Below, piece after piece: positions 1 to 13,198 of a stretch of DNA of 64,000 nt. The stretch covers positions 496,001-560,000 of the forward strand of contig CM120641.1 of assembly GCA_051362555.1 (NCBI GenBank). Direction: 5' to 3'. Position 1 is the first letter of the stretch. Each line of letters begins with the position of its first letter. The notes beneath the pieces were generated by a model, which saw only the letters and a program-made list of their open reading frames with translations, was not told where the DNA came from and did no database searches. The translations under genes and the position numbers were made by a program. Origin of the DNA: Lingula anatina. Taxonomy: Eukaryota > Animalia > Brachiopoda.

Positions 1-1317
1 TATGTCAACCTCATTTCACGCTGATAGAATTATAGTTGAAGCATATACAACAATTTCTTCATCTATATTCATTGATGTGACATTAAGATGTTTGCACGTT
101 GCTGAAACCAATGAGCTGGGCCGCCTAACGAAAAGCCAATAAGCCGACATGTAAAACGGAATATGCAATAATACCACAAATAGGCCAACTACACTGAACC
201 CACCCGACTGTTTTAGATAGATAGGTCTACTTCATTTAAATCTCCTGATCAATAGATAATCAGCAGCGATTTGGAACCTTATCGGTTGTCTATTTAGCAT
301 TAGAAACTATAACGCCAGGGGCCTCTTTGGTAACATTTATGTCAATAACGGCAAGAGGATGGATATTCCCTGACACTTTGCCCTAATTTGTAGTTCAGTC
401 AAATTGAAACGTCCCACGCAATTACCACCAGAGTGTACTTTGTCCGAATTATTGTAAATCAGCTCACATCGTCTGACAGGTTTTTCTAAGAATAGAGTAT
501 AATCAGGGCTCTCTGTCATATCAGGTCAGTGGGTAGAGGGAAAAGCTACTATTTTTACGCGCTGATTAATAATTACAATTCTGAAGAGTACCCAACGCAC
601 CGTGCATTCAAACCATCTGGGGCGTTTAGAAGGAGCACGTTAAATGACCTGTGATGTATATGGCAAGTTTTAACTTAAAAGTCTTCCGTTTCAACTTGCC
701 TCCAGGGAATAGTTTCAGGGACCAGTGTAGTTATGTCTTTAATTGAAAAAATTGATTTTAGTAATAATTGATGGTTATTTAATCTTATTTGTTTCGGATT
801 TGGATTTCTGATGATGTTGCCTGTTCTCTTGTAGCGACATTTGTGCATAAGATACTTTTTATGAGGGAAGAATAGGGATTTGATGAGTTTTATCGTTTTC
901 CATTACACAGTATATGATTTTGTATAAACTATTTAAATAATACATTTCAGAGATGGGCGTTCCTCTTAACACTGGTTGAACTACTTGAGTAAATCGTATT
1001 TCCATTTTGTACATTTCATTCGGTTTTCTCTCTTGACGCTTTGACCACATAGCGGTAATGCCTAAATCCGATACTGCAGGTTACTTATGGTAAGGTAAAT
1101 GGCAAGCCTCTCTCTCTGTGTATACCTTACGTTACCTGTGGCAATGTAAACAGCAAGCTGTTCTCTCTGTATCTTACCTTATCGTGTTGATTCAGGTGGT
1201 TGCCATGAACTAGATTAAACTAGATGTGTATGGGGTGAACGCAGGGCTCTGAACAGGGGCATCCCAGTATGCTGTCAAATACCAAACCTAGGCGGCGGCC
1301 TGGTTATGTTGCCCTTC

Positions 1318-1484
1318 CAGTGGCGGATCCAGGATTACTTGTAATGGGGAGGGGGGGGGGATTTTGGATTTTTAGAGGGTGAAAGGTGCCATTTGGTACG
1401 GTTTAGAACTATGATTCAACTTGTCAAAATTCTAATTCTTTTTTTTTTTCAGAAATCGAAGGGTGGTCAGGGGGTCCGCCACTG
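1318..1484. mobile_element. Short non-autonomous TIR element (CAGTGGCGGA...TCCGCCACTG family)
   Basis: Termini cagtggcggatcc / ggtccgccactg are inverted repeats; ccttc lies on both sides (possible 5-bp TSD); internal sequence is shared with copies at ~22.9, 27.7 and 30.3 kb. Confidence 0.75.
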
Positions 1485-1830
1485 CCTTCTATGTGCAACC
1501 TATGTGCAACCTTCATACACCTCTCAACATACATGATCCAAATTGGAAAATATTGAATAAGTGTGTGTGGAAAACAACACATCTGACAGTTTTCCAGGCA
1601 AAACTGCAAAACGCTTAATTTCGGTGCTGTGTTTATTTTTGGGGGATCATTTTTGAACTTTGGTTATTTTACAGTGACGCTTACGAATCTTTTGAGTAAC
1701 AGCTTTCATGTGTGGGATACCACAGAACGTGATGATGCAAGTATTAAAGATGCACAGTGTAAGACTTCCCCTTGAAAATCTTTCACTGAGATAATCGGTT
1801 GTTTCTTTGGCTACCAACCTTTCTTATGTA

Positions 1831-2100
1831 CGGAAGCGTGTAAGGGTCACAACAACACCACACACTACTTACAACACCACACACAACACTTACAACACCA
1901 CACACAACACTTACAACACCACACACGAAACTCACAACACCACACACACTACTTACAACACCACACACAACACTTACAACACCACACACAACACTTACAA
2001 CACCACACACGAAACTCACAACACTAAACGAGCTCACAACACCAGTTTTGGGCGTGTTGTTGTGACGTTCGTGTGCTGCTGTGACCCTAACACGCTTCCG
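1831..2100. mobile_element. MITE with internal 21-bp tandem repeat
   Basis: TIRs cggaagcgtgtaagggtcac / gtgaccctaacacgcttccg flanked by TA on both sides; interior is a tandem array of ~21-bp units (acttacaacaccacacacaac). Confidence 0.8.
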
Positions 2101-2809
2101 TACTTTTGTATACACTCGGCATAGCTCTGTAACAATCTGTGGCAGTTTCAAATCCCGCCATCCCTTCGAGCTCAGTCAGTGTCCAGATTGGTTGATGAGC
2201 GAGGTTCGTCAGGGTCTGGTAAATCTGATTATTTTTTATATTTTAATAATCATGAGATTTCTCTGTTTTACAAAATTACCAAAAAGTAATATTTGTCCGT
2301 ATAAAGGTTAACAATAAACAATAATAAGTCTATTATATATACTAACACACTGTGAAAGTACGCTAATTTAACGCAAAAACTTTGAGTGCTTTTGGCATCT
2401 AATGGCCCTGTCACACCTTCACGATTTAGTCAGCGAACGGCAACGTATGAAAAATTTGGCCAATACGCTGGCGTGCGTCGAATAAGTTATGGGTAAGTTT
2501 TGTATATGTTAAGAGCACGCTGAAGCACGCCGGCATACGTCGTAGTACGTCCACGTAGTCCAAAAATTTTGTGCATGCACAAAACTTTTCGACGTATGTC
2601 AACGTATGATTCATACGTCCCGCATACGCGGGCAATCAGTTATGCGATCGTTGACACCCGTTCACACACGTTATGTATAAGTTACTCACAAGTCGTAATA
2701 CGTCAAGATAATATCAAGCGTACCCAAGACGTTTGTTCAACCTATGATTAACGTGCTTTGAACCTATGTGTAACTTATATCGAACTTATCTCTAACGCAC
2801 ATTGACATA

Positions 2810-4199
2810 CACACACTGGACAAAAGAAGTGTCACCCCCTAACTCAGAGTAATAAAAGTAGGCAGATCTTGGGTACTTATAATGCCTGTACTGGTCTACT
2901 TATAATGTGACTAATGAGTATAAAACCGCTATACCATTGAATTGTATTGTTGGTCTTGTACATGTATAGCAAATGTTATTCCTGTCTTCCTCCAATATGG
3001 CAAGATACAGGCAATTATCTAACGGTTATAGGTGCAAGTTATTAACCTGAAGAGGCGGAATATAAGCAATGTCAGAATATCGATACAATTGAATTCTTCA
3101 GTCAGAACCGTGCATAGGGTCTGGTCTCGGTATAGAAACACTGGATCAAGAGACAAATTGCCTCTGATGGGTCGTCCAAGAAAAACTACTGGCCGTGAAG
3201 ACCGACGACTGATTTTGATGTCCAGGTTGTCAAAGTTCGACACTGCTTGTCAGTTGACAACACAGTGGAACAATTTCACACATAAGAATGTGTCCGTGAA
3301 AATTGCTAGGCGTCGGTTACATGCTCAGAGAGTGAACAGCAGGGTAGCAAGACTGAAACCTCTTATATCGTTACAAAACAGGCAACGTAGAGTAAACTAG
3401 GGTCAACAGGATCTGGAACTGGACAGTTCATGACAATTGGTCCTATATATTTTTCTGATGAGTGTCGCTTTGGTCTGACCTCTGATGACAGACGGGTACT
3501 ATGCTGGCAAACTGCTGGTAAAGCATTTGAACCACATGCACTGAATTTTCGAACCCGGAGCAGCATATTCATCATGGTGTGGGGCTGCATCAGCATCCAT
3601 GGCTTGGGCGAATTGATAGTGGTTAATGGAAACATGAATCACTAGAAATATATCGATGTTTTGGAGTCAGGCTTGCTACCAACTATAACTAACATGTTTG
3701 GTGACAGGAATTATCCATTTGTTCACCAGGATGACAATGCTCCATGTCACAGGCCCAGAGCAGTTGATCATTGGTTTGACCAACAGGACATTCGCAGGGT
3801 GATGTGGCCTGCCCAGAGTCCGGATGCAAACATTATAGAAATTGTGTGGAATGATATGTCAAAACTTTTTACAAATGCCCGTCTAACCAGCAGAGAAACT
3901 CTGTTATATTCAGTTTTTCATGCTTGGGCCAGCATAAGCCCTGAACGCATCAGACAATTATATGAAACCTTACTTCGTAGACTGGCACCTATTATTAGGT
4001 CACGTGGCTATGTCACTAAGTACTAATTTTGGACTTGAAACTGCATATTTTGGTAGAATGTATATTTTGTTCTCATTTTGTGATTTTTTGTGAAATTTGA
4101 TGTTAATGAAATGATACCAGGAGCATATCATTCCACAGTCATTTACCTCCCCCATAGTATTGGCTCAGTAGGGGTGACACTTCTTTTGTCCAGTGTGTG
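2810..4199 (+). mobile_element. Tc1-family DNA transposon
   Basis: Perfect 29-bp TIRs cacacactggacaaaagaagtgtcacccc, TA TSD at 2808-2809 and 4200-4201, internal transposase remnants. Confidence 0.95.
2997..4026 (+). pseudogene. Tc1 transposase pseudogene (DD34E)
   Basis: ORF pieces 3032-3400, 3430-3645 and 3661-4026 carry GRPRK, FSDE, MVWGC, QDDNAPCH and WPAQSPDANIIE, with 34 residues between the second D and E; in-frame TAG stops at 3398-3400 and 3643-3645 plus frameshifts. Confidence 0.93.
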
Positions 4200-5577
4200 T
4201 AGTTAGACGTATTTGATGTTGGTACCTAACCGTTCACCCCGCGCCTGTTGGTACCTTACCATGAAGCCCGGGATGACAGGGATATCAAATACGTTCTATA
4301 AAGATTCACTGAAGTCTGCACGATAGGCCGGAGCGTTTCGAACAACCCCAGAACTTACTGAACGTGCTGCTAACGTTGAGCTACCGTATGATGGCGTGTT
4401 GGCAGCGTTTAGTGGAATTGGGGTATAAAATTGGGGTTCGCAGGAGGAACCCGTCAGTACTCCTGAAGAATCCATGGTGAGCAGATGTGCATGTCACCCG
4501 AGAGATGGAGAATCCGAGAAGGCTGAGACAAGAATACGTGGTCGTCGGCCGTACGCTGCGGTGCGGTATGCATAAGTTAGACTGGCGTTGGGCATAAGTT
4601 GTGAACGCCGGTAACACGCTACGCATTCGTTGGTATAAAGTGTCTATAAGTAATAGAAACGTTCTACATAAGTTACTAATACGTCATGTATACGCTGAAC
4701 TCGTTATGAATACGGTATGTATACGCCAAAAATTGAAAAAAAAACGTCGTCAATTCAACGTATGATATCAAAATGATCACGTCGGGCATACGCTGGCGAA
4801 ATCGTCAAGGTGTGACAGGGCCATAATCAGTGAATTGCGTTTATATGCCATTGTAGGTGGACAATCAAAATATCGTACCCCTTTCGGACCTCTTCCCCTT
4901 GATGGAGGCCTGTGTTATAGCCTGAAGACTGGTCTAAACTTTAAGACCGATATTTAAGTCAACTCGAAAACAAGATTAAGTAGTAAGTATACCTGGCGCC
5001 TGTTTTATAAGTGGATAGAGACTGATCTTGAAGTGAAGAGGGTCGTCTTTTTTTGGAGCAAGTTAAGGGCTATCACCGTTTTGTGACAGCAGACCATCTC
5101 TCAGTGATTACTTGTGGTTCAACAGAATACATCGGTTATATTAGAGACCTAATTATTTTTTCTGATAAGGGTGATGTGAACTCCTTGAATTCACCTAACG
5201 AGGACAGCTTAGACGAAAATTAAAAAGAATGACCAGATTTCTGTCGTTGGAGCGAAGATTATCCGATACGTGTATCTTACAGATCTTTTCAGAGAGTCTT
5301 ATTGGCAACCTAATTTATCACTGCAATCATCTTATCACTTCCTACCGTTTTATAGTGTCAGATAATTGAAGCGGGAATTAAGGCATGGATTTAGTAACTC
5401 TATTAATATTTGCGGGAAGTCGGGCTATCTAACACGAATTTAGACACTTTAACGAAAAAAAAAACACATTTCATCCCAAAATAAAACATTCAGATTATTT
5501 ATAAATACAATAACCAGGTCAATCTCTTCTGAGGACATGTCCATCTATTGGAAGTTAAGAGATGGGGTATGTTAAAG

Positions 5578-5619
5578 CATGGACCTAATTAGAGAAGGCC
5601 TTCTCTAGTTAGGTCCATG
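5578..5619. repeat. 42-bp near-perfect palindrome
   Basis: catggacctaattagagaagg|ccttctctagttaggtccatg with one mismatch; TTAA within 1-2 nt on each side. Confidence 0.85.
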
Positions 5620-6600
5620 GTTAAAGGTTATATTAGGTTATAATAGGTGTAAAGTTACTGGAACACAGTTAAACGTTTCAATCAAGTAAATACGCGTAAA
5701 ATACAAAATGAATAACAAAAGGAGACATTCCCTGATTTTTGTAATCAGTCATTTCTCGTTCTAGGATTATTACCCCAATCTTTAGAGATAACTTTTTTAA
5801 ATAAAATATCTGGATGAAGGCACCAAGAATGGCTACATAACGTACAGGTACTATATGCATTTTATTTAATCAATACAATAAAAACTGATTTAATCACTTT
5901 GTTTGGCAAGCGGAGTTGTTTGTCGTATACTTAAGAGATCATATACCGCCGATAATCTCATTCTCAACAATTGCTTTGCTCCCCGGGGAATTCATCGTGT
6001 CTCCTGTATTTCAGTTGACACTCATCAGTCACTGCATAATTTATCTTGGATTGCGTGCTCGAATCAAATTAATAAAAACGGTAATGGTAGGTATAAGAAA
6101 AGCGATTGACGACAAGCGTATTACTTACCATTGTACATGCATTAGATGAAATACTTTACAACAGAGTCTGACTCTTTTGTTATCTTTTTTAATCTGTATT
6201 GATGCGTTTCAAATATTTACACACAGCGTTGCCTGGGCCTCTTTGAACTGTATTTTGTTTTCGTTCAGAAGAACGACTCACGCTATAATCTTCTGTAAAA
6301 GAAGTAACCTAGGCTTACCTTATAGCGTGTGCATCATAAATTCCTTTAGAGATCATGTGGCTTTGTGGTTTTCTTTTCACCTTGTGTCATTGTGAAACAG
6401 GGGAAACGTAAGACGCCATTGTGTTATTATCACGTTTTACTTAGCGCCTGGTCCGCAAATGTCAATTTAGACTATTCACTGGCATAACTTTTGTGTAAAG
6501 TAACACATTTTTAGTTTGAACAAGGAGTTTTTAAGACTCTTTTGATTGTACACCGAGCTTACCACCGTCTGGAGAACGAACTGGTGGCATGAAAGCTGAA

Positions 6601-6627
6601 TGTATGTATGTATGTATGTATGAATGA

Positions 6628-6671
<44 letters not shown>

Positions 6672-6943
6672 GTGACAGTGTGTGTGTGTATGTGTGTGTG
6701 TATGTGTGACAGTATGTGTGTGTGTGTGTGTATGTGTGACAGTGTGTGTGTGTATGTATGTTTGTGTGACAGTGTGTGTATGTGTGAGTGTGTGTGTGTA
6801 TGTATGTGTGAGTGTGTGTGTGTGTGTGTATGTGTGAGTGTGTGTGTGTGTGTATGTGTGTGTGTGTATGTATGTTTGTGTGACAGTATGTGTGTGTATA
6901 TGTGTGTGTATATGTGTGTGTGTGTATGTATGTTTGTGTGACA

Positions 6944-6988
<45 letters not shown>
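6601..6988. repeat. Compound (TG)n/(TATG)n microsatellite with recurring GACA interruptions
   Basis: Directly visible; produces the spurious HT/VC-rich ORFs. Confidence 0.97.
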
Positions 6989-6989
<1 letters not shown>

Positions 6990-8622
6990 AATTAGCCATT
7001 ACGACCTGCCATCACTTCCGGCTCCCAGCTCCCTCAAAACTTCTTAAGGTACAATTATGCAACTCCAGGGTAATGCTGTCAGCAATAACTATGATTGATT
7101 AATGTTTATGCCCCTCGTGTATCAGTGAAAACACAATTTCTTGTGGTCTGGTATCTTTTGCAAAATTTGCTTTCCGTGTCGTTTTTTGTAGATCACATAT
7201 TTAACTGGTGATTGTTATCGTTCTCGACAAGGATGCTGTTGAGACGTAAATGGATATGTTGTTTTGATAACATTTCTTTGTATTATTTTGCATCAATTAC
7301 ACAGCAAAAAGATACATGTAGTAAGCTTTTAAAACCAGAAATCATCAATATCGTTTTTTTTTTTTGTCATCCAGTGTGCGTTGGATCCTCATCTAGAAAA
7401 CAATCCACAGTATTTACTTTCTGCCATCATCACCAAGGAACAGTATAACCTCTCCAACATTGTTGAAATAATTACGATCGACGATTTCGTTTCCTAGTCT
7501 TAGGCCTAAATGTTTCGACTCGTGCCTCAATCCCCATTACACGAGTAAAAATAGGTTTAATAGGTTAATAGGTTTCCTTAGCCTGATCTCTATAGCCTAA
7601 AAAATAAAACTCCACTATAAATGCACATGTGCACACAATAATATCCTATAACCCCCTTAAGCATCAACAGAAATGTGTCTCAAATTCTTGCTATGAGTTT
7701 AATTTCCAAAGATACCCCAATTTATATAATTATCACTTCAGAGGTACCCTTAACAGGACTGAAACACTCGTGAACGGAGCTGGTATTAAGAAATAACAGA
7801 CACATGCCTTCAGACAAATCTTAGGTCTAACGAATAAATGCAATCTTTCATGGGGTGGAGGTTCTAATTAGTTTTGACACCGGTCCAAATCTTTCTCCGA
7901 GAAAACCTATCAAGTGTTATATCTCCTCATAAACCATTACATAATAAAATAAGGATGTGAAATGAAAAGCTGTTGAAATAAGCTTTTTATTGATATGCAA
8001 CATATTGCTGTCTCTTGGTCGATCAAGAATGGCCACGTTCTAGGCAACCCCTGTCCTTGTCTGTATATAGTTAAGGGAACCAACCACCTCACCAATAAAT
8101 AAATGAATAAATAAATAAATTGAATCAACAAAAACAATAAAGACGTTTTCATATACTTCGAAATGCCCCATATTTCACGTCTCCAAGATGATCGATTTAA
8201 TGCCCTATATCCCCCACCGTTCTCCTGGACTACCAACAATAAGAAACGTTACTATATAAACAGGGGAATTAAGGTTCATTTTGCAGAATTGACTTGAAAT
8301 TGGATTCTAAGCGTGGGTGATCCATTCCGTAGATAGACATTTGGTTTGAGGATATCGCGAGGTATACTTGCTCGTGTTTGGTGGGGGGAGGGGGGGAGTC
8401 GGGGTCAGGAGTGTGAATGAATCAGAATGTATCAAGATTCATGCCATCACTTAGAAAGCACCTTTTTTGTCAGAAAAAGACCCCCTCCCATTCTGCTGGC
8501 TACAGATCTGGCATTATTTCCAATATCTGCCACGCTCTTGTTTTCAAGTTTTAACACATGAAGCAAGCCATTACTTAAATTATAATGATTCTTCTCTGAA
8601 AAGCAGCAGAGCAAAAGTGATA

Positions 8623-8737
8623 GGCCTATCGTGCAGACTTCAGTGAATCTTTATAGAACGTATTTGATATCCCTGTCATCCCGGGCTTCATGGTAAGGTA
8701 CCATTAGGCGCGGGGTGAATGGTTAGGTACCAACATC
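8623..8737 (-). repeat. Inverted copy of a 115-bp internal segment of the Harbinger-like element
   Basis: Reverse complement of 4215-4329 with only a few mismatches. Confidence 0.9.
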
Positions 8738-10289
8738 TAACCCAGAACTTCCTAGGAACTCTTTCCGCGTTTTTCATTTATCCTCGTAGACTTACGACCG
8801 CGACACATACCAATACTTACTCAGTCCCAATGCTCAGGCTCAAAGTAGATTACAATAAAACCTTTCTCAATGCTGCAATTTATTTGGGATTGAAGGTGAA
8901 AATAATTTCCCCTTATATCCCAAAGCAGGAGAAGCTGACTCACCGAATATTGATACTAATATTAGCTCTTACTGGTTTAATACGCATTTATTATAGATTG
9001 TTGATATCAATATACGGCCTTCTGAAAAATAATCATATTTGGTTCTGATTTATACACTATACTTTTTTCAGTTCCCCGACGAGATTTACAAAGTGTATGT
9101 TTTTGTATATTTGTGTGATTTGCCAAAGATACAAGATACCCATGGGTAATGTACAGGTGAGGACCATTGTGAAAGGAACTAATGCAATTGGGTTTTTTAA
9201 ATCTAAAATCTGAGACGTGTATTTCGTCGTGTATCTAACATAAATACTGAATTTCTATTGGATTTAGTATCATTTCACAGAGTAATCCATCAAATAGATA
9301 CCACACAGCGAAATGTGATAAGTATTGGCAGTAAATTAGCATTCACTACCAGATTCAGTGCTAAAATTCATTTTCGATTTGTTGGTAAATTAAACATGAT
9401 CGGATATCGTTAAGAGCTTTCCGTTAAGTCAGTTAGTGATAGCCTACTGCGAAGAGCGTCAAATATAAGATGGTGGCACAATATGCCAAAATGTTGCGAA
9501 TTCTGTGCAGGTCAGATTTTGCGGTAATTAACGCTGAAGTTGTGTTTTTCCGACTTGTACAGACGCTTCACAAAAAATCTATAGTTTTTATGGGTGGACG
9601 ATACTAAGTTTTTTGTTTGATTGGCGGGAAAATGACAACATATTTCTCTAGGGTCCCTCATTACTATCAATCAATAGTTATAATTTGGTCAAAGCGGTCA
9701 ACTAAATGAAAGCCGGTCAAAGTAACTTATTTTCTGTACAAATATCCGTCAGTTTGGACGGCATACTACGAAGGGCGCATTTATGTCTCAGCCAACAGCA
9801 AATTCCGTTCCTGAAAATTATTACACAAAATAAAATAAGGAAGAAATTATATTGGAACTCTTTAGAATTCCATCGACCTGCCATAAAAGGCACAAGGTCC
9901 CGCTGGATGTCTTCAGATCTTTAACAATGTGACAAATTCTGTTGGCGTCTCATAAATATTCCACTTGTCTGATCTCGGCCTCTTTCCAGATTGCTCGTGT
10001 GATTAGAACGCTTTTCATCGCTGACTCGGCGATGATTTGAACGCTAATTGATCTGATGTCGACAACAGTTAAGGATATGTAAAGCGATGTGCCTGAGCAG
10101 ATGATGACGGATGAGTTGAAGTTAATTGGGTTTGAAGCCCCGCACTGAGGAGAGAGGTCCTTCTTCGACGAGAAAAAAGTGGAGGTGTAAAATGTGAAAA
10201 ATACTACAGTAAATGTTAGTAAGCGTTTTGTAACTTTATTAAAATATGCAAATATGTAAGGCAAATTCGTAAATGAGGTTGAATACTAA

Positions 10290-11770
10290 GTTTGCAATTA
10301 CGCAGATATTTCTCTGATACTTCGCGATGAGGAAGTGTCACTAAATGAACAATTCGACAAACTTTTTGCCGAATGCTCGTGCCTGAGGGTCAGTTTTGAG
10401 AAGACCGAAGCAATTTGGATTGGATCTAAGAGGGGTAGTAATGAAAAATTAAAAGCAAACATAAAAATTTCATAGGAATAATAGAGGTCAACTTAAACTT
10501 TTGGGAATCAAGTATGATTTATCTAAAATCGATTTCTAAGAAGAAAATTTCAAAGAAAAACTTGAAAAGTTAAATATTGAACTTTCTTTAATGGGCAAGA
10601 TGACAGTCATCACATCCCTGGCGCCCCCATCCTTGTCCGGGTATTTACAGAGTTACCCAAACCAGGAAAATGTTTTTTAAAGAAATCGATAACATTACGT
10701 TCTTGATGTTATGGGAAGCCCAGTTGACAGATTAAAAGAGGCAGAATGAGGAAAGACTCTTTACATGATGGACTACGAGTACCTGACTTTAAATTCTTTT
10801 CAAGAGCACTGAAACATGCTTAGGTACAAAAAATAATTGACGAAAAAAAAACAGCGAAAGTGGAAAATATTATTTATGGAAAAATTTTGAAAACATTGGG
10901 TGGCAATGAATTTTGATTTCTCACAAGAAATTGTTTATATGTGAAAAAGAATATATTAAATTCGTTTTGACAAGGTGTTATAAATGCGAGGGCGAGTTCA
11001 CATGTCAATCCTAATGTCCGCCTGAAATGTTATCAAAAAAGGTTTACTTTATCTCTAATACTGTGAATGCTAGAGGGGAATTTTACACATAAGAAGAATT
11101 GAAGTTAAAACAGCGGTAACTTAAGTTTTCTCTAACGTTTGGTTCTAAAGAATCGTTTCAAGGAAACTTGCGCTCTGTTACAGGAGATTATGGAGAAAAT
11201 ATTGATAAAAGTTTGAATGATAACATCAGCAATCAATTCAATAGATAAGGTTACAAATTTTTCTTATATCATGCATTTAAAAAGCAGTCTGGGAGACAAG
11301 AAAACTCAGGATGCGAGCATAAACCATGATGTTTACTTAACTGATTAACGGTTAGAGAAAATCATGGAAACATAACAGTAATACTTCCATGAGTGAATGA
11401 AGCTTAGTGAGTCACGAATACGTTCATTTTGCCACATTGAGACACAAACTTTAGTACAATCATTTTTGGGATGTGCGTTCATGTCCAGAACATATGTGCA
11501 TGTCCTCTACAGTGTGTACATAAAATTATGAATTCGAGCTTGAGAGAAAAATAGAATTGTTGTGTAAGGTGCCATTGATTACGGTTCCCAGCGGACTACC
11601 ATTTTTCAGACCGGGCCTTCATATTCCTATATTGCTTATTTTAAAAGAAATATCTATATGCAGAGCTAGGGCCGAAATACCTAATTGGACTAATGTCTGT
11701 TCATATATTAAGATTTATCGCAAAATAGACTTGTACTCTGTCTTCTTGCAGGTGGATATTGATACAATAA
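10290..11770 (+). mobile_element. Decayed L1/Tx1-like non-LTR retrotransposon ORF2 (3' part)
   Basis: Motifs in the expected order despite stops and frameshifts: YAD (~10299), FAECSCLRVSFEKTEAIWIGS (~10365), LKLLGIKY, LSLMGKMTVITSLA (~10582), GLRVPDF, and a zinc-knuckle remnant SFCHIETQTLVQSFLGC (~11425); followed by a (TATG)n tail. Confidence 0.75.
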
Positions 11771-11778
11771 GCTTAAGT

Positions 11779-11810
<32 letters not shown>

Positions 11811-13198
11811 TGCACATGTGTATGTGTGTGTTTGTGGGTTTATGTGATAATACATATCTAAAAGAACATGTAAAAGTCGGGTGAAATTGCTGAACTTAGA
11901 TCAGGATTAAACATTAAATACTGAACCTCCGTGGCGTTATAAATCTCGCTATCTTTTCATGTATTTCAGTAATTGTAAATAAATATCTTCCATCTTAAAC
12001 AGGACAAAAGTCTGTCATCTCGCTTGGCAGTGACATACAAAAACATTTTGTGAAATATCTACGTTTTAATTCCAAGCATATAAGAACAAGCATTTGAACG
12101 TTTAAAGAATTGTTGGTTTCCATCAAGAGACTGTCCAGCAGTTGCCGTCCTTAAACAATTCAAATTACTTTAAATTAAGACATGATATTACGCTCTTCAA
12201 AACAACAACAACAACAACAACAAAATAATAATAATAATAATAATAAAAATAATAATAAATAAACGGCGTTCATACAAGTTCTTATATCGTCCAGAATTAT
12301 GCAGTAGTTACCTGCCAAATTCTCTTCTTACCACAGTGCCAAAATGCGTTTGTTAATTTCAGACCATGATTACTATTATGATTGATGACTGCCAGTACAC
12401 ATTGTCCAATCAGTTATTTCGACGAAAGATTGGTTATTTTATTGTAACATTTTTCATGATTATCAATTAAATACATATGATACAGATAATAACTTTGGTT
12501 TTGCTTGCCAGAAGCTCCAGTGTTCCACGAGGCTGCGTCGTCACGCTTTCTTAGCATTCATGGTGCCTCATACTCTCTGACCACATGGGTCGCCGGAAAA
12601 AGAATTCTTCTTCAATATTGTAATAGGCTATACTACAAACACAAGTAAATATCAGAGGGCAAGTGTCTCACTTGTCACCAGACACAGAACGAACTTTGTG
12701 GCTCTGTCGTCTCGTTTGAAGCAAATCGCAAACAGTTACCAATATGCATCACAAAAACATATTGTCGCCTCTTCCTTTTAAAGTTAGTTCGGACCTCTTC
12801 CCTACATCAAAATATGAAAGGAAAAATGGCACAAGAGTCTGTAGAAGCACATTTGGTTTGCTCCGTCTGTACATCAGTTGTTCAGATATTTCTTTCTCAG
12901 CGAGTGGAAAGGTCCCTCATTGACACCGGGTATCTACTACCCTCTACAAGGGCGACAGATTGATTTTCCACAGATATTCACAGATATGTCTAAAGATAAA
13001 TAGACAGTTATTTTGGCTCTCGCCTCAGCAAAAATGTCAACAATAATAACTGCGGCCCTGGTAGAGGGTAGAGGGTAAATATGTAACACTGATTGCGTTT
13101 ATGTACATGTAGAAGCACAGGATCCGCACTGGGGGGTTTACATGACATTTCAGAAATAAGATCTTTTTGTTCTCAATTAATATCAAAAACTAGGTTCT

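Larger units (their letters stand above)
2403..4823. mobile_element. PIF/Harbinger-type non-autonomous element, interrupted by a Tc1 insertion
   Basis: TIRs tggccctgtcacaccttcacgattt / aaatcgtcaaggtgtgacagggcca (1 mismatch) flanked by TAA on both sides, the typical Harbinger TSD; no own transposase seen. Confidence 0.8.

Noticed and set aside
100-520. Possible ancient LINE endonuclease remnant on the minus strand
   Set aside because: Only vague motif-like fragments requiring several indels.
6476-7102. His/Thr-rich and Cys/Val-rich ORFs
   Set aside because: Translations of a (TG)n microsatellite.
9950-10264. 104-aa minus-strand ORF next to the LINE remnant
   Set aside because: No recognisable domain; probably degraded retroelement sequence.
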